Below, piece by piece: positions 39,150-52,672 of a DNA stretch of 64,000 bases (positions are counted from its first letter, which is position 1; every line of letters starts with the position of its first letter). The notes under the pieces are model-generated. The model was not told the origin of the DNA. It was given only the letters and a program-made list of their open reading frames with translations, and searched no databases. A program made the position numbers and the translations under genes. Origin of the DNA: Vicugna vicugna (Eukaryota); contig MU061578.1 of NCBI GenBank assembly GCA_013265495.1, positions 443,308 through 507,307 of the forward strand, in the 5' to 3' direction.

Positions 39150-40379
39150 AAATGGCGTGTTGTGTGTGCATGTGTTTCATGTGTTTTCGTCCATCACTTA
39201 TCTATTGGGCTAAATGGAAACAGGGGACACTAGCTCTTCCTTTGCTATATACCATTCCTGATGTTAAAAAATAAATCGATGGTTGTGCCCTCAGCATATA
39301 ACTCTGATTTTGGAGAACTCTGTTCTGCACCGAGTATCTCTGTCCTCTTCCTGCTCAACCTTCTGTCTCTCTCTCTCTGTATTATGAACCAAAGGTTTTT
39401 CCTAGTTTCTTCAAAAACAGAGTATGCATTTTAGTTTTTCTTTTTGTTGTTTTGGGGTGACACCTGAGAGGAGAATGAGGCAGGATATCTTTACTTGGCT
39501 TTTGCAAAATCAGAAGTCTTCCGGATTTTTAAAAATATGTCTTCTTGCTAAATTTCCCCATGAGCTCATTGACAATATCTGTCTTGTTCAAGTCTGTATC
39601 CTCAGCATCTGACTCACAATAGGGGCCGAATAAATATTTGTTGAATGAATGCAAAAACAGGTTAATAAATAAAATAGAGTCTCATCTTGACAAAAAAGAG
39701 AAAATACAGAATATGTTGGGAAGGCTGTACACAAGTAAGTTAATACCGGTTATCCTAGAGGGAACGGGCTGCGTATTTCTTATCATTTTTTTTTTTTGCT
39801 TCAGGCTACTCATAAACATGTTTCTTTTGTAATAAGAGGAAAACAGTTTAAAAAAATACCACTTTAAGAGCATTTTAACACGTGCTCATTTTTAAACACA
39901 GTGACCACTTACACTAGATCTACTAAGGTGGTCTAGATTCCAGCACCTGTTTTTCCTGCGAATAAACTTGTACTTGTTGAATCAAGGTTCCCAGTTTGGA
40001 CTCAAAAATGATGCTCATGACCATTATCAGAGGAGGGGCAATCTCCCTCTCAGGCCTCCCCTGCAATATTATAAACTCCCAGGTCTTTGTTCCGTAACAA
40101 TAAACCCAATAAACACATCTTCAACTTCTGCTTATGGTCAGAGAGAAGTGTTTAAGAAGAGGCCACCAAAAGAAACAGCCAGTACCTTAGGCTTGATTTG
40201 TTGGTTTCAGAGAATTTCAAAGGGGAATATCAGTGTTTTAGTTTCAAGTCTTTGTACAAACATTTCCACAACACAGGAGCAAAGGTTTCCCTGGAGTGCC
40301 AACATCTCCCCCTTACATGGTTCTCTCTCAGCATTCTGGTCCTCTCTCTGTTTCCCAACTGCGTCAAATTCATCCCCAC

Positions 40380-40720
40380 CATTTCCTCTGCTCCATCCAT
40401 TGCTTAAAATGCGTTTCTTCCTGGATCCCTTCTTCATTAGGTCTTAGCTCAAGTGATAGCTCCTTGGAGAAACCCTGCTTTGTCACTCAGTCTAACATAG
40501 TCAGTCGTCACTCTCCGCCCAACTATCCTATTTCATTTTCTCCTTTCTACCAGATACTCTCTTGCTTTTTTTAAACTTGTTAATGTACTTTCCTCCACAC
40601 CTCCCCCCACAGAATGCAGATTTTCTGAGATCTTTGCCTGATTCACTGTTTCATACCCAACACATTTAAGAACTCATATTCTAACATGCTTTTAAAGCTC
40701 AATACATATTTGTGAATGGG
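40380..40720 (+). mobile_element. L2 3' region
   Basis: 'tcattaggtcttagctcaagtg...cacagaatgcag...gctcaatacatatttgtgaat'. Confidence 0.65.
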
Positions 40721-41289
40721 AGGGAAGAAAGGATAAGGAAAGAAGAGAGACAGAGGGAGAAGAGAAACTGAACACATCATCTCTTAGCTGCAGGTCTTAA
40801 TTCCAAAGTTCTGATAAAGATATTCTAGAAAATAAAGGCTCTTCCATTTCCCACCATCTTTTTTAGAGGACAGTTGAAATTCTACATAGCAAATTTCCTA
40901 TTATATACATATTGTAAATTAACATAAATACATAGGAACAACTACAATGTGAAATAGAATGATTCACACTTAGCTTTTCTTTGTACACACATCACTGATA
41001 GTAAACTCCATTACATGACTAAGGAAAAAATGCACAGAAACACTAGGATGCTGACATTTTTCTGAATCCTTGGCTAAAGAAAGTTACAGATTTTCAACTT
41101 AGACGATTTCCTGTGGCCTGAAACATGAAAGAAAGAGAAATCACGACCAACATTCAACTCCTTAAGAATCATGTGGATATATGCTTAACAAGTGAGTTAA
41201 CTATTGAACTGTATACTTTAAAATGGCTGAGTGCGGGTGGTGGGGGAGGAGGGTCTGGTCGTTCCCATGTCTGTTCCCTGCCCCACCTT

Positions 41290-41486
41290 GTGCCACAGTA
41301 ACATCTAAAGCATTTGCTAAGATGGAGCCTCCATCAGCTTCACCCCTGAACAACGAGGGCAAGCAGAACCCCAGATGACCGAGATGGTCATCAAGCATGA
41401 GCAAGAATTAACCCTTATTGTTATAAAGCCACAAGATTGTTTTATTTTGTTTCTGCAGCAAAGCATAGCCCATCCTGACCGATACA
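41290..41486 (+). mobile_element. MLT1I/J-like MaLR LTR 3' part
   Basis: 'gcatgagcaagaattaacccttattgttataaagccacaagatt...gcatagcccatcctgaccgataca'. Confidence 0.75.
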
Positions 41487-41819
41487 CGGGAATGAGAAAG
41501 TAGGGAGAAAAAAAGAAAGTATAATCAGAGACTTGAGCATGTTTGTAGGATGAAGGGGGAAACCTGGGAAAAGTGAAATTGATGCTCTAAGAGAGGGTGT
41601 ATTGAGTTGGTTGTTCTTGGGGGGGCCAAGGGCTGTGTGGCCCCTGGACACACTGGCTTCCCACAGACCAGGCACATAGGGGATGCAGCCAACCCACCTA
41701 CAAGATGCTCATGACGGGCACTGTCATTGTTACGGGCATTTTCTGCTGGTGGAATCTCTTCTGGGGAAAGCTAAGTAGCTAATGACCAAGTATTTGTCTG
41801 AGACAATTTATGGTCAGTC

Positions 41820-41970
41820 CTTCCTTAACAAGAAAATCTCAGTGCCTCAGTTTCCTCATCTATAAAATGGTGACAATGACAGAATCTACCACACAGAGTT
41901 GTTGCAAGAATTTTATATGTACATCACTTAGAGCAGTGTCTGGCACAAAGTGAGTTCTCTGTAAGTGTGA
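41820..41970 (+). mobile_element. MIR SINE
   Basis: Near-perfect core 'tctcagtgcctcagtttcctcatctataaaatgg'. Confidence 0.85.
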
Positions 41971-44079
41971 TCTCAGAAAACTTTCCAGTTTTAGGAAGAA
42001 GCTTTAAATACGGTAGCGAAATCTGCTAATGGCTTCTTTTTGCAACCATGTAAATCAGAGGGAATTGCAAGGAACCACAACGTTCTGCTCTCCTGGGAAC
42101 CACACAGGCACAGTGAGGGATGACGAGATATAACGAACATCTTTACTGGCCTCAAAGCTAGTGCTGCTCACTAGAAATCAATCTTAATGTATCTCAATAA
42201 AAAAAATCTGCATGGATACATGATCAGGGATCTGATATTAGCAAAGCCTGAATTAATGAGAAGCCTTTGTAACTGCTTGCTGACACTGTAAGGGAAGCAG
42301 TGAAGAAATAAAGGGCAAGAGGGAAAAGACAGGGAAACAGAGAGAGAGAGAGAAACGCACAGAGAGAAACAGGAGAAGGGGGCGAAGACAGAAGCTCCAA
42401 AGAGCTGAGAGGCAGGGAGCTAGAAGAAAGAAAATCTAAGAAAAAGCAAGGTTTATTGACTAGTTGACAAAACAGACTAAAAAATCAATAATGTTTTCTC
42501 TGACACTTCAGATAACTTCCCAATAGTGCTGGGCGGCATGCAGAAGGAGACGGGTTTCTATGGCTGACAGCTTCTCTCCAGAACAAGTTGAGTTTTCTTT
42601 ATTTTCACGTCTCCCTAGGTGGGAAGCAGTGCAGGCTGTCACCTTCCAAAAGGATGAAAGTCAACCTTCTTCACCATGAAGGGGACTTTGGAGCTGGGAG
42701 CAGGGGGTGGCGGAGATAGCGAGTTTTGGGGGGTTTTTTTTGTTGTTTTTTGGGTTTTATTTATTTATTTTTTTGGTACCTAGGGGCTCTGTCAGCGACT
42801 GATTCTGACTTCCCGGTGGCAGGAATCTGATAATACAATATTACTTTTGAAGATTATTGCCAAAACTAGCCCCAAAGAGAAAGAACTAACTTCCTTTGAG
42901 CAGTCTCTCAAACTCTGGTATTGTTTAGGTAACTTTCGAAGAGGAAAAGTAATGGAAATCTTCAGCGTGGGCGCATTATTTTTACAGTATTTTCAGTTGA
43001 ATACGTGGGACTGCTGATGCAGGCATGAACGCTCATACTTGTAGCACTGACACAACCATAAAAATCAAAATAATTATACAAATCAAATGCACACAAGCTC
43101 TGCCACCACCAAAATCCAAATTAGCCACATTTATTTGAAGTGAGGGTTGGTTCTTTTTTTTTAAGGAAATTGTCATTACAGGGATTAATAGTGGAAGACC
43201 ACAACCTCAGATACCATTCTACCTTTCATCACTTGTGTTTTGACCTTGGTGATGGCAATATTAAAAATTCCTACTCTCCCAAAATGCACAGAGTGACATG
43301 ACTATACCCCAAATCTTTATTGGCTAGTTTAGAATGATCAGGTCATAAGGCACATGTGACCAAAATTCTGCTGTTGAGCGAGACCAATTTAGGAGGTGCC
43401 CCTTGACTTTCCATAACGCTGGTCATTCACTTGAAGACAAGGTTAGCATTGTGACTTTTTGAAACCTGAATTAAATGGACACATAGTTTTATTAATGCCG
43501 GAATCAGGAAAAAGAAAACTTCTAAATTTACTCCTTGCAAACCAAAGAGGATCTCCTTTTAGCGCGAACAAAGTTCATACCCGTGAAATGCAAGCAAGTC
43601 AGTGCAAACAAGGATGATCTCCGTGCAACACGTCTGCTCACGTGAGACTGAGACTTGAAATTCTGATGCAAGGCTTTTGCAGTGTGGCCTCCCTATTACT
43701 GTTCACCATGAACACACTCATTTCCCTCCATTCACTGCAAAACCTTCATCCCTTCAATATGTGGTAATGCAATTTGGGCCAAATTCATATGAAAACCCCC
43801 CAAAATTGTGTGGAATTATATGGCAATACTTGGCCATCGGGTGAATGCTTTTATTTTATTCAGATTATAAAAGTTTTTCTTAAGAATTCCCAGGACTCAG
43901 CAGTATACCCTAAGTCCCTCTGTGCATGGTGGAGCTCAGACTGAGAAGAGATGGTGAGGACAGCCCTTTTTATGAGTCAGTCCCAAGCCTCAGACTCTAG
44001 CACAACTTGAGCTGGCGGTGAACGAGTCCAAAGTGATGAAAGACCCTGGCCCTGGCTCTGGAGAGGAAGGGCCTGCGCT

Positions 44080-44490
44080 CGGTATCTTCTGCTCATACCT
44101 CCAGATTCACTCCCTTCCTTCCTCCTGCTCTGCTTGTGGAAGGCCGGTCTGCATGGGCCACAGGTTGCCTTCGGGCTTCTGAGCTGGTTCACTGGATGGG
44201 AGGCACTGGAAGAGCTGAAGGGAAGGCGGAGGATGTGGCTGCACCGCTTAGTCTCCTGGACGCTTCCTTCCAGGTCTTCAAGGCTCACTGCAACCCCTTC
44301 CTGAAGGCCGTCGTTCCATTCAGGCATCCCTGCCCTTCACACTGTTCCTCGTCCCCACACCCCCAGGTACTGCCCTGTGCTTTACAGTGTTTCCTAACCC
44401 CACCCAGATTTTGTAACTACCCCCTTTTATAAACTCTCCCAAAATCACTTGAATTGATTATGTGTCTTTGCCCTGCCAAGACTGTCATGA
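44080..44490 (+). mobile_element. LTR33-like ERVL solo LTR
   Basis: 'gatgggaggcactggaagag...ttttgtaactaccccttttataaactctcc...tgtgtctttgccctgccaagac'. Confidence 0.65.
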
Positions 44491-44649
44491 AAACAAGTGC
44501 CTATCTAGTCAACAGAATCAGAAGCACCTACAATCTCCGAAATAATAGAACAAGGTCAGTGGGACACGTGTCCCCGCACGCACGCATGCACACACACACA
44601 CACACTCCACATACATTTCTCAGGGGACACGAAGGGGAGAGAATTCTCC

Positions 44650-44875
44650 TTTGTGGTCAATTTACCATGTGCTGGCCATGGAACTAGGCACCTGATGTAC
44701 ATATTTTTTAAGCTTCTTGATCACATTTTGAGAGAGGAATCATTCTTCCCATGTCACAGATAAAGAAATGAAGTCTCAGAGAATGGACGTACCCAGCCCA
44801 ACGCAACAAAGCTCGAGAGGGACTCTGGCCAGATGCAAACACGCCCCCGCCCCGACTCAAAGCAGCTGTTTTCTT
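44650..44875 (-). mobile_element. MIR SINE
   Basis: 'ttcccatgtcacagataaagaaatgaagtctcagaga'. Confidence 0.7.
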
Positions 44876-45834
44876 CACTGTCCCCCTCGGTCGCTCAAGC
44901 TACTTGTTGAAGTTTGTAGAGGACTCGGTGTGATTTGAACCTGACTTTAATTTTCGAACAAAGCTGAAGGCAGGGAGGACAAGGAGCAGCTCTGTGGGAA
45001 TCACATCAGCCAGCTGGATGGTTCAGGATGTCGTGCTATGTGATGTGATTCCAAAAGGCAAGGGGAAAACCATACGATTTGGTGAAGGAAAGAGAAGCTT
45101 CACACTACGTGGGTGTTGACTGCCATGCAGGTGAAGCAAAGATAGAAATGAACAAGGGAAATCTACCCTGGGGAAATGCTTATGGAAGGACACAGAGTTT
45201 TGGCTACAGAAGAGAAGGAAATAACCAAATGATTCAAAAAACAGGGAGTTGTTTAAATGAATTATGGCACATCCGCTTGATGGAACATAACACCCTGACT
45301 CCTGTGTTTCCATTCAGCTGTGATCTACAGAAAGTAAAATAACCTGCATGAGGGACAATTTTCTTTTTTCTTTTTACTGTACTGAGGAGTTATTTGGTCC
45401 TATGGGGATAAAGGCTCAGAAAAGTACCTAAATGATGTACTCATTTATCAATCCCCAGTCCTCATGCACATTCTCTATTCCCAACTAAAATCTATAGAAA
45501 AAAAGGATTTGAGTCCACAAAAATTAATTCCCAGGCTGGAAACAAACGGAAGGAAGTAAACAACAAGCTGACACAGTGAAGCAATGTAGTAAAGAGTTCC
45601 TTGCAACAAGGAACTCATCAAATACATGAACAACTTTCATCTCATGAGTCACTTTGCATCAAAATACTGCCAAGCCTTGCTGACTCTGATCTCATGTAAA
45701 TGGCAACCTTGGTAGGCAAATAATCAGAATGTAAGTGGTGGAAGTAAAAGGGTTTTGTGAAGTCAAAAGGAAACATGATCCAGAAGATCTGGAGAAACTC
45801 CCATTCAATGTTCTAGACCCAATTTTCACAACTG

Positions 45835-46328
45835 AGGTGGGAGCTAGTCTCCCAAGATGGTGCCCCAGTGAACCATGGCTCCTTATATTTCACTCTTGTG
45901 CAGTCTCTTTCTGAACTTGACCAAGAGACCGAGGCAGAAATGATGCAGGGTCAACCATAAGAACATCTCCCATCTGGGTCTTCTGAGATGTTTGTCACTG
46001 GGCTATTCTTTCTAAGAATCCAGATCCAAGAAGCTCATGCCACAGGGAGAAGCTGTGTGTCATGCTTCCTTCCACAGACCCAGCTGAGAATCGAATTGAC
46101 AGCCAGCCTCAATCATCAGCCTTGTGATGAGCTATTTTAGACATCTAGCCTGGTAGAACCTTCCAGTAACTCCAGTCCCAGCCGCCATCTCATTAGAACC
46201 ACAGGAGACAAACCCAAGTGAAAACCATCCATTCCAGTCAACACACAGAACCCCAAGAGACATTAATGAATTGTTTCAAACCAACACATTTGGAATAGTT
46301 TGTTGTACATTGATAGATACCTGAAGCA
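45835..46328 (+). mobile_element. MLT1G/H-like MaLR LTR
   Basis: 'cccagctgag...gacagccagcctcaa...ttagacatctagcc...ccagtcaacacacagaac...gtttgttgtacattgatagatacctgaagca'. Confidence 0.78.
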
Positions 46329-46994
46329 TTTGGCTACCAGGTTTCAGTTCTGCAGGATCAATTAGGAGGACTCGTGAAAGGTAAGACCTGGCAGCAGTAG
46401 GAACAGGAAGCCAAGTTTGAGGGAAGCAACAGAAACCATTAAAATCAAGAGAAGAAATCAAAATACAGTAGTTGGAGACCATTTAAGTGGGCAGAGGTAG
46501 GGGGAGCAAACCACCCACCCAGCATCAGACCTCTCACAATGGTCATCACTAAGTCCCATCACTTCAGACCCATGTATTCACGAGAACTTGGAGTTAGGAA
46601 GAAAGATTGTATTCTTGTCAGCATATCTGAGAACCCACAGAGGTGGGGAATAGTTTTGATTGTCAAAGATTAAACGATGACATTATCCAGGAGTTTAAGG
46701 AGGTAAGCTTTGATTTTCTGAAAATTTGTCAATGAGGACCACTTATTTCCCACCCCAACAATCTCAAATATGGAACATATTCTTGCCTCATAACTCTTTC
46801 TGACATCTGGACTTCCACAGTGGCTCCTAGAGCCATGGAAACACATTCACTGATTCATTGATTCATTCAGCAAGGAGGCACTAATATTGGCTAACCACTA
46901 GCCCTTGTCCAGGCATCGCTCACAGAAAGATGAATAAGATACGGTCCAGCCTCCACAACCTATCATCCAGTGAGGGAGCTGTAAGGAAGAGACT

Positions 46995-47165
46995 ACACTT
47001 ACCATCTACTGAGGACAGCTCCCTGTGCCAGGCAGGGCACTAGCTGCTTTTGCAAGGTTCACTGCTATTTTTAAATCCTCCCAGGAACTCTGTCTGTTGG
47101 ACCTGATTTCATCCCATTTTCAGATAAAGAGGCTGAGCCTCAGGGTGGCTGTACAACCTTCATGA
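46995..47165 (-). mobile_element. MIR SINE
   Basis: 'cctgtgccaggca...atcccattttcagataaagaggctgagcctcag'. Confidence 0.75.
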
Positions 47166-48634
47166 GGACTTCACAAGCGACGAGCTTTCAGCCTTCATCA
47201 GAGGCAACTCTCCAACCTCCATGAACCTTACGGGAAACTGTAAGGTAGAAAGCCATCATCAACTTATTTCACTTATTCTGACCATTTTCAAGGGCCTTCG
47301 TAATAACTCGAGGTCACAGCAGAGGCAGAAAAAAAATTTCTTCCCATGCTCTTCCCTTCTGCAGCCAGGCCAGATCCTCTTCTCCCTCTCATGCCATTGT
47401 TTAATTTGATGACTCCTGAGGTTTCCCAAGAGTGTTTGTCATTTTTACAACAGCCGTTTTTCTCTGACTCGGGGAAAAAAAATGTATTAAATTAGCACTT
47501 GCATTTGTGCACGTTCCTCAAAGTGCTCTCAAATAAGTTGATTCCCAATGAACTTAAGATTTTAATTCATTTTACCCCATTGCCACTGCAGAAGGAGTCA
47601 CATTTTTAAATGTGTGATGACATATGGCTGTTCATTATTTATACATTCTGTAGCAGACTATAAATTTTACTTTGGACATATATCGCGGCACTGAAACCAT
47701 TCTGGTTGCAAACACATAAATCATGGTTACAGTTATTAGTCTAAATGTAACACCACCCGGGTTCTAGATCAAAACCTTTAAAATCCATTGTAATTGATGT
47801 CTGCTGCATAACTTGCGTCTGATTTTATTAAAGGTTCTCATTATTATTTATATATTTGGAGCACGATCTTCCTAGCTGGGCTACTCCAACCAGAGTAAAT
47901 TATTTTGAGGTGTGGGATTGAGGGAGGGTACAGAAGTGTCAGGGGTTGGAGGGAGGCTCTTTGTGTAATAAGTGGGGAAAAGAATGGGTGTTGTATTTCA
48001 GTGAGATCTAAACAATTCATGCAATGATTTAGTTAATTTTGCTCCCAAATGCCTTGTCCTCTCTACCACCTGACATTCATTGGAGACAAATAAAACAGTG
48101 GTGGAGTGTGTCAGCTAAATTATAAATTAGCAAAAGGGTAACTGAATGAGCTGGATTCCCAGAGCTGCCACTGGACCAGGCCTTTCAAAGACCAGAAGCA
48201 CTTGGATGGAGCCATACATCACAGCACTGAGATACCTCAGCGAAATGGGGACTGAGGATTGATGACACTTCACAGGCTCATTAGAAAGCTTCAAGTTGAT
48301 GAGCGGGTTCTCCTGGAAAGCTTGACTGCAGAAATGCTGGCAGGGGGACCCAGGAGGCCAGGAGGTGTCAAAATGGCAGCAAGGTGAAGAGTGAATGCGA
48401 CTTGCCACAGAGGAGAGAGAGAGAGCACTCTGCAGGGAGACCGGAGGCCAGGAAAGAAAGTACAAGGCTTGGTTACGGGGAAGTGAGTTTCAGAACCACG
48501 TACACCAGAATTCCTGTCCTTGTGATGCCATTAAAAGCCATGTGTCCCTGAGAGCCTTAGTCTCCTCCTCTGTAACAAGGAGGTAACGATGGCCACCTGC
48601 AAGGATTTATTATAAAGGCTTCCTCTTAATTAAT

Positions 48635-49022
48635 GGGCTTTATTTTTTTTTAGAGCAGTTTTAGGTTTACAGAAAAATGAGCAGAAAGGACAGCATTCCT
48701 ATGTGTTCCTCTCCCTCCCTTGACAGTTTCCCCTATAATTCCCACCTTGCGTTAGTGTAGTACATATATGAGGAATGATGAGTCAATATCAATATGTTAT
48801 TATTAACGGAAGTCCACAGTTGACAATCGGGTTCACTTTTGGTATCGTACAGTTCTATGAATTTTGACAAATCTAGAGCATCATGCACCGTCATTACAGT
48901 TACATACGGAACAGTTTCACTTCCCTAAAACCCCTGTGCCCGACCCGTTCATCCCTCCAGCCTTCCCACCCGGGATCTGAGGCAACCACTGATCTCTTCC
49001 CTGTGTCTCTGGTTTTGCCTTA
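48635..49022 (-). mobile_element. L1MC/L1MD-type 3' end
   Basis: 'ttttagagcagttttaggtttacagaaaa...ggcaaccactgatctctt'. Confidence 0.85.
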
Positions 49023-49969
49023 GACTTAATTTCTTGAGAGAAGACACGTGAAGGGTCCAGCAGAGCGTTCAGGAAACGGCTGTGCTACCGCAGCTGCCCC
49101 CAGAGCAGCTGGCCACCATATTAACGTGCGAACTTCCAACATCACCCATTTAAAAGGCAGATTTCAGACTAATAACCTGAAAAGTTATAAGAGGAGAAGT
49201 AGCTAAATTATAAGGTCTCTGGCTGTGTTTTCTCCAGAGGCAACCAACTGTAAGAAATGGTGAGTTCAGCCAGCTCCAATCCTGCAGCTTTGGCTACCAG
49301 GGAGGTTGATCTGGGGGTCCCATCTTTCCCTAAGGCCTTCCTTGAAGGCTTCCATGGGGGAAATCAGAAAATTCAATTGCACTTTCTGCAAACTTCTATC
49401 CTGGGGCAGGATGGGTCTCTGGAGCGGGGATGGAGAAACACTCTCCAAGGCAAAGACTGACTTCCTCACCCTGTTGCATGATCACCCTATTGGTGATTCC
49501 TGGCACAGCTGCTGGCGCTCATACCCTTTATCCTTTCTGCCTCCTGGAAGGGGGTGGGGACCCAGAGGATACTGCTGGGATGTGAGAGGGCACTGAACAG
49601 GGAAGTTGCTCATCTGCTTTCAATGTTGGATATAGGGGACACTTGTGCCCAGTCATATCCCCTTGGCCTGTCTTTGTATCCAGTGCATCCATCATGACAG
49701 ACAGTCCCCTGCACACCAATAGCATCCTTTCTCAAGCCCCTGACTGTGCCTCAGGGTTTACTCCAATGACACAGGAGCTTTTGCAGCCCTCAGTCTGGGT
49801 AGCCTGGAATCGTGGAGGAGTCAATGTGCCTGGATAGCGCCTGTAACCAATAAGCAATGGGCTCTGGTGGCTAATGTCTCAGCCTGCTCTCTTTAGAAGA
49901 GACAGTTCTGAGGTGTGTTGCTCAGAGGGTCCCCAGCAGGACTGAGTTCCAGCTTCCCACAGTGCTACC

Positions 49970-51038
49970 TAAAGGGAGGCAAAATATGTCACCCCCAAAT
50001 CCACCACTGTGGCATATTGATTCTTTTGAATTAAAGTTACTTAACAAACAACCATTGCAAGAAGGACATTCTGACTCTCCTTTGTCCTTGCAAAAGCAGG
50101 AAATAAATCTCCCATGGGAAAGGTACCCTCCCTGTACTAGAGGGTAGAGAGACATCCTTATCACCAGAGGTAGAAAGTTCAAGGCTGAGAAGGGGTTTCA
50201 ACAAGGGGTTTCTCCTTGTGTAGGAGAACACAGTTTGCCATTCCCAAATGTGTCTCTTTGGCATGTGGATTACTTGGAGCTGAAAACAATCAAGACCCAA
50301 AAGACTCAGGAGGAATCTCTGATCTTCCCCTTAACTGCCTAAAAGAATGTAGACGAGGACCTGTTCCAGGAAGGGAGCATCACCAGAGATAACAGTAATA
50401 TGAACCAGGTGTGTGGACAGGGAGGGACCTGGCAAAGCCTGTTTGTTAAAATTCCTCTCTGTGTCCCCTTGTCTTTACCTGGCCCAGCAAACATTTGTTC
50501 ACCAAACATTTGCTTTCCCATCTCCAGGTCAATTGCCTTTCTCCCCTTGAAGTCCCAAACCACCTTAACATCTTCTTTTATCTTTAGCTATAAAGACGGC
50601 ATTTAAGGTGAGAGTTTCCACCATTCTGATGAGTTATTCCATTTTCCTGGATCTCTCCCATGTATACATGTTACAAAATTTTTGTTTGATTTTTCTCCTG
50701 TGAATCTGTCTCATGTCACCTTAATTCTTAGACCAGCCAAAAGAACCTAGAAGTGTAGAGGACAATTTCTTCCTCCCCGACACTTGTTACTTCCTCACTA
50801 ATTTACTGCCTCAAGCCCATATTTCTTTGTCTTGTCAATTCTACACAAATTTATTTTTCCTTTGTCTAAAGGGAATAAAAACTGCCTGCCTTGCTTACTT
50901 ATTTGAACCCTCACATCTTTGGGACTCCAATACATTTGAAATTAAATTTGTTTTTCTGCTTTGAATCTGTCTTATGTCAATTATCAGACCAGCCTAAGAA
51001 CCTAGAAGGGAAGAAGGAAAAAGTTTTCCTCCCCTACT
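49970..51038 (+). mobile_element. MER34/MER39-group ERV1 solo LTR (middle layer)
   Basis: Starts 'taaagggaggcaaaatatgtcacccccaaa', ends 'aagttttcctcccctact'; 4-bp TSD tacc/tacc. Confidence 0.8.
50219..50782 (+). mobile_element. MER34-group ERV1 solo LTR (innermost)
   Basis: TG...CA termini (tgtaggag...cctccccgaca); 4-bp TSD cttg/cttg. Confidence 0.85.
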
Positions 51039-51289
51039 TACCCACATGAAAGAAAAAGGCATTTTCTTCCTCTTTCCCTTCTTTCATATCTCCCCCTTTT
51101 TCTGCTTCTTCATTCCTGCTTCCAGGGATCTACAAAAGCTACTTGTTCCAAGTCTTGTCTCAGATTTTGCCTTCACAAAAACTCCAACCAGGCCAGTGGG
51201 GATGCATGCAAACAGATGGCAGAAGGTATCATCACGTGGAAGCCGGGAATTTCATTCAGTTAATGAATGAAAATGCAATTTATGATGAC

Positions 51290-51525
51290 AATTACAACAA
51301 TAGCTAACATCGCTAGGTTGTTTACTGAATGCTAGATGTTGTACACGGATTCTGTCATTTAATCCTCATACAAACAGATGAGATAGGAAATATAACCATG
51401 TTATAGGGGAGACAATGGAGGTTCAGAGATGTCACGTGATTTGACTGACTTCAAACATCTCATTAACAGTGGTCAGGAGACAGACTAAAGCAAGTTAAGT
51501 CAAGGCTTATCTCCTAACCCTACAC
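51290..51525 (-). mobile_element. MIR SINE
   Basis: 'aatagctaacat...tcatttaatcctcatac...gaggttcagagatgtcacgtgatttg'. Confidence 0.75.
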
Positions 51526-51559
51526 CTCTACTTCCTGATTTGGCATAGGGTTTTAGTTG

Positions 51560-52040
51560 TGTATATATTTAATACACAAGTTCTTAAAGACACATTTTTT
51601 ATAAAAGTAAAATCATGACCCACATACAAATATAAAATAAATATGTGCCAAGGATCTTCTATTTATCTTGTTCATTAATGAGGGAACCAGTAAGATGTCA
51701 CAACCAATGCAAAGGAAAACTCAAAATACTATCGTTTCATAGGCAATCAAGAATGTTGAAATGAATGTACAAATAGACTCAAGCCTGGAAACAAAAAAAC
51801 TAGCCAATATCCATAGGGCAAAAATCAACTGCATTTCCCCTGGCCTGACTCATCTGCCTTTCTATGGATCTGACCCATCTGCATGAGTACCAGTTTTCTG
51901 CAACTGACAAGATGGTAAAAGAGGTCAAAAACACAAAACCAGACATAATTCAGAAGAGTACGTGACACAGGATACCCAGTAATCTTCTTTGCTCATATCT
52001 TTTCTTGACAAAACATATGGGCTGATGAATCCAGGACTTT
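51560..52040. mobile_element. Probable L1MC4/L1MC5-type 3' fragment
   Basis: 'ttcattaatgagggaaccagtaagatgt' recalled from old L1MC 3' ends; family assignment uncertain. Confidence 0.5.
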
Positions 52041-52066
52041 TGCAATAATGGTAATAGTAGAATAGA

Positions 52067-52285
52067 AGAGAGGTCGGCAGATTTTTTTCCTGAAAGATCA
52101 GATAGTAAGTATTTTAGACTGTCGGTCCAGACGGTCTGTTCAGGAACTACTCAACTCTGCCTCTGTCACATCAAAGTAGCCACAGTCAATACATAAAGCA
52201 ACAGGCATGGCTGTGATCCAGCAAAACTTTTTTTTTTTTTAAAGAAATAGTAGTGGTCAGCCTGCAGGCTATTCTATCCCATCTC
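52067..52285. mobile_element. MER58A hAT MITE
   Basis: 'ggtcggcag...cagatagtaagtattttag...aactactcaactctgcc...ggcatggctgtgatccagcaaaacttt'. Confidence 0.88.
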
Positions 52286-52672
52286 AGGTATAGAAGACCA
52301 TAGAATATATGAAAACTTTGGCCAAGAATTTTTCTCTGACAAGGCACTTTGAATGAATTCACTCTCCAGTTACTAACTAGCTATCACTAGGTACCCAAGA
52401 ATGCTCTATGCTTACAACGGTTTGAACAAACAATATCCACTTAGAAATGCTTTCAGTAAGTCTCTTTACTCTTGAAACGTTATAACATGTTTAGATATTA
52501 CCTCCATCCAATCCAAAAATAGATGAAGAATCTCAGACCTAACATGGGGTAAGATACTTGTTAAAGCTCAGAGAGAACGTATTACTGCTAACTCAAAACA
52601 AAAAACCAAACAAACAACAAGAAAAAGCAAATAATGGGCTAGGAACTGACACTGTAAAACCTAAATTAGAAC

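Larger units (their letters stand above)
49624..51195 (+). mobile_element. LTR16-like ERVL LTR (host of two nested LTRs)
   Basis: 'gagggtccccagcaggactgagttccagcttcccacagtgc' resumes after 51042 with 'cattcctgcttccagggatc...cttgtctcagattttgcct'. Confidence 0.75.

Noticed and set aside
39968..40574. Longest ORF (159 aa) and overlapping ORFs
   Set aside because: Non-ATG start, no recognisable domain, and it runs into an L2 fragment
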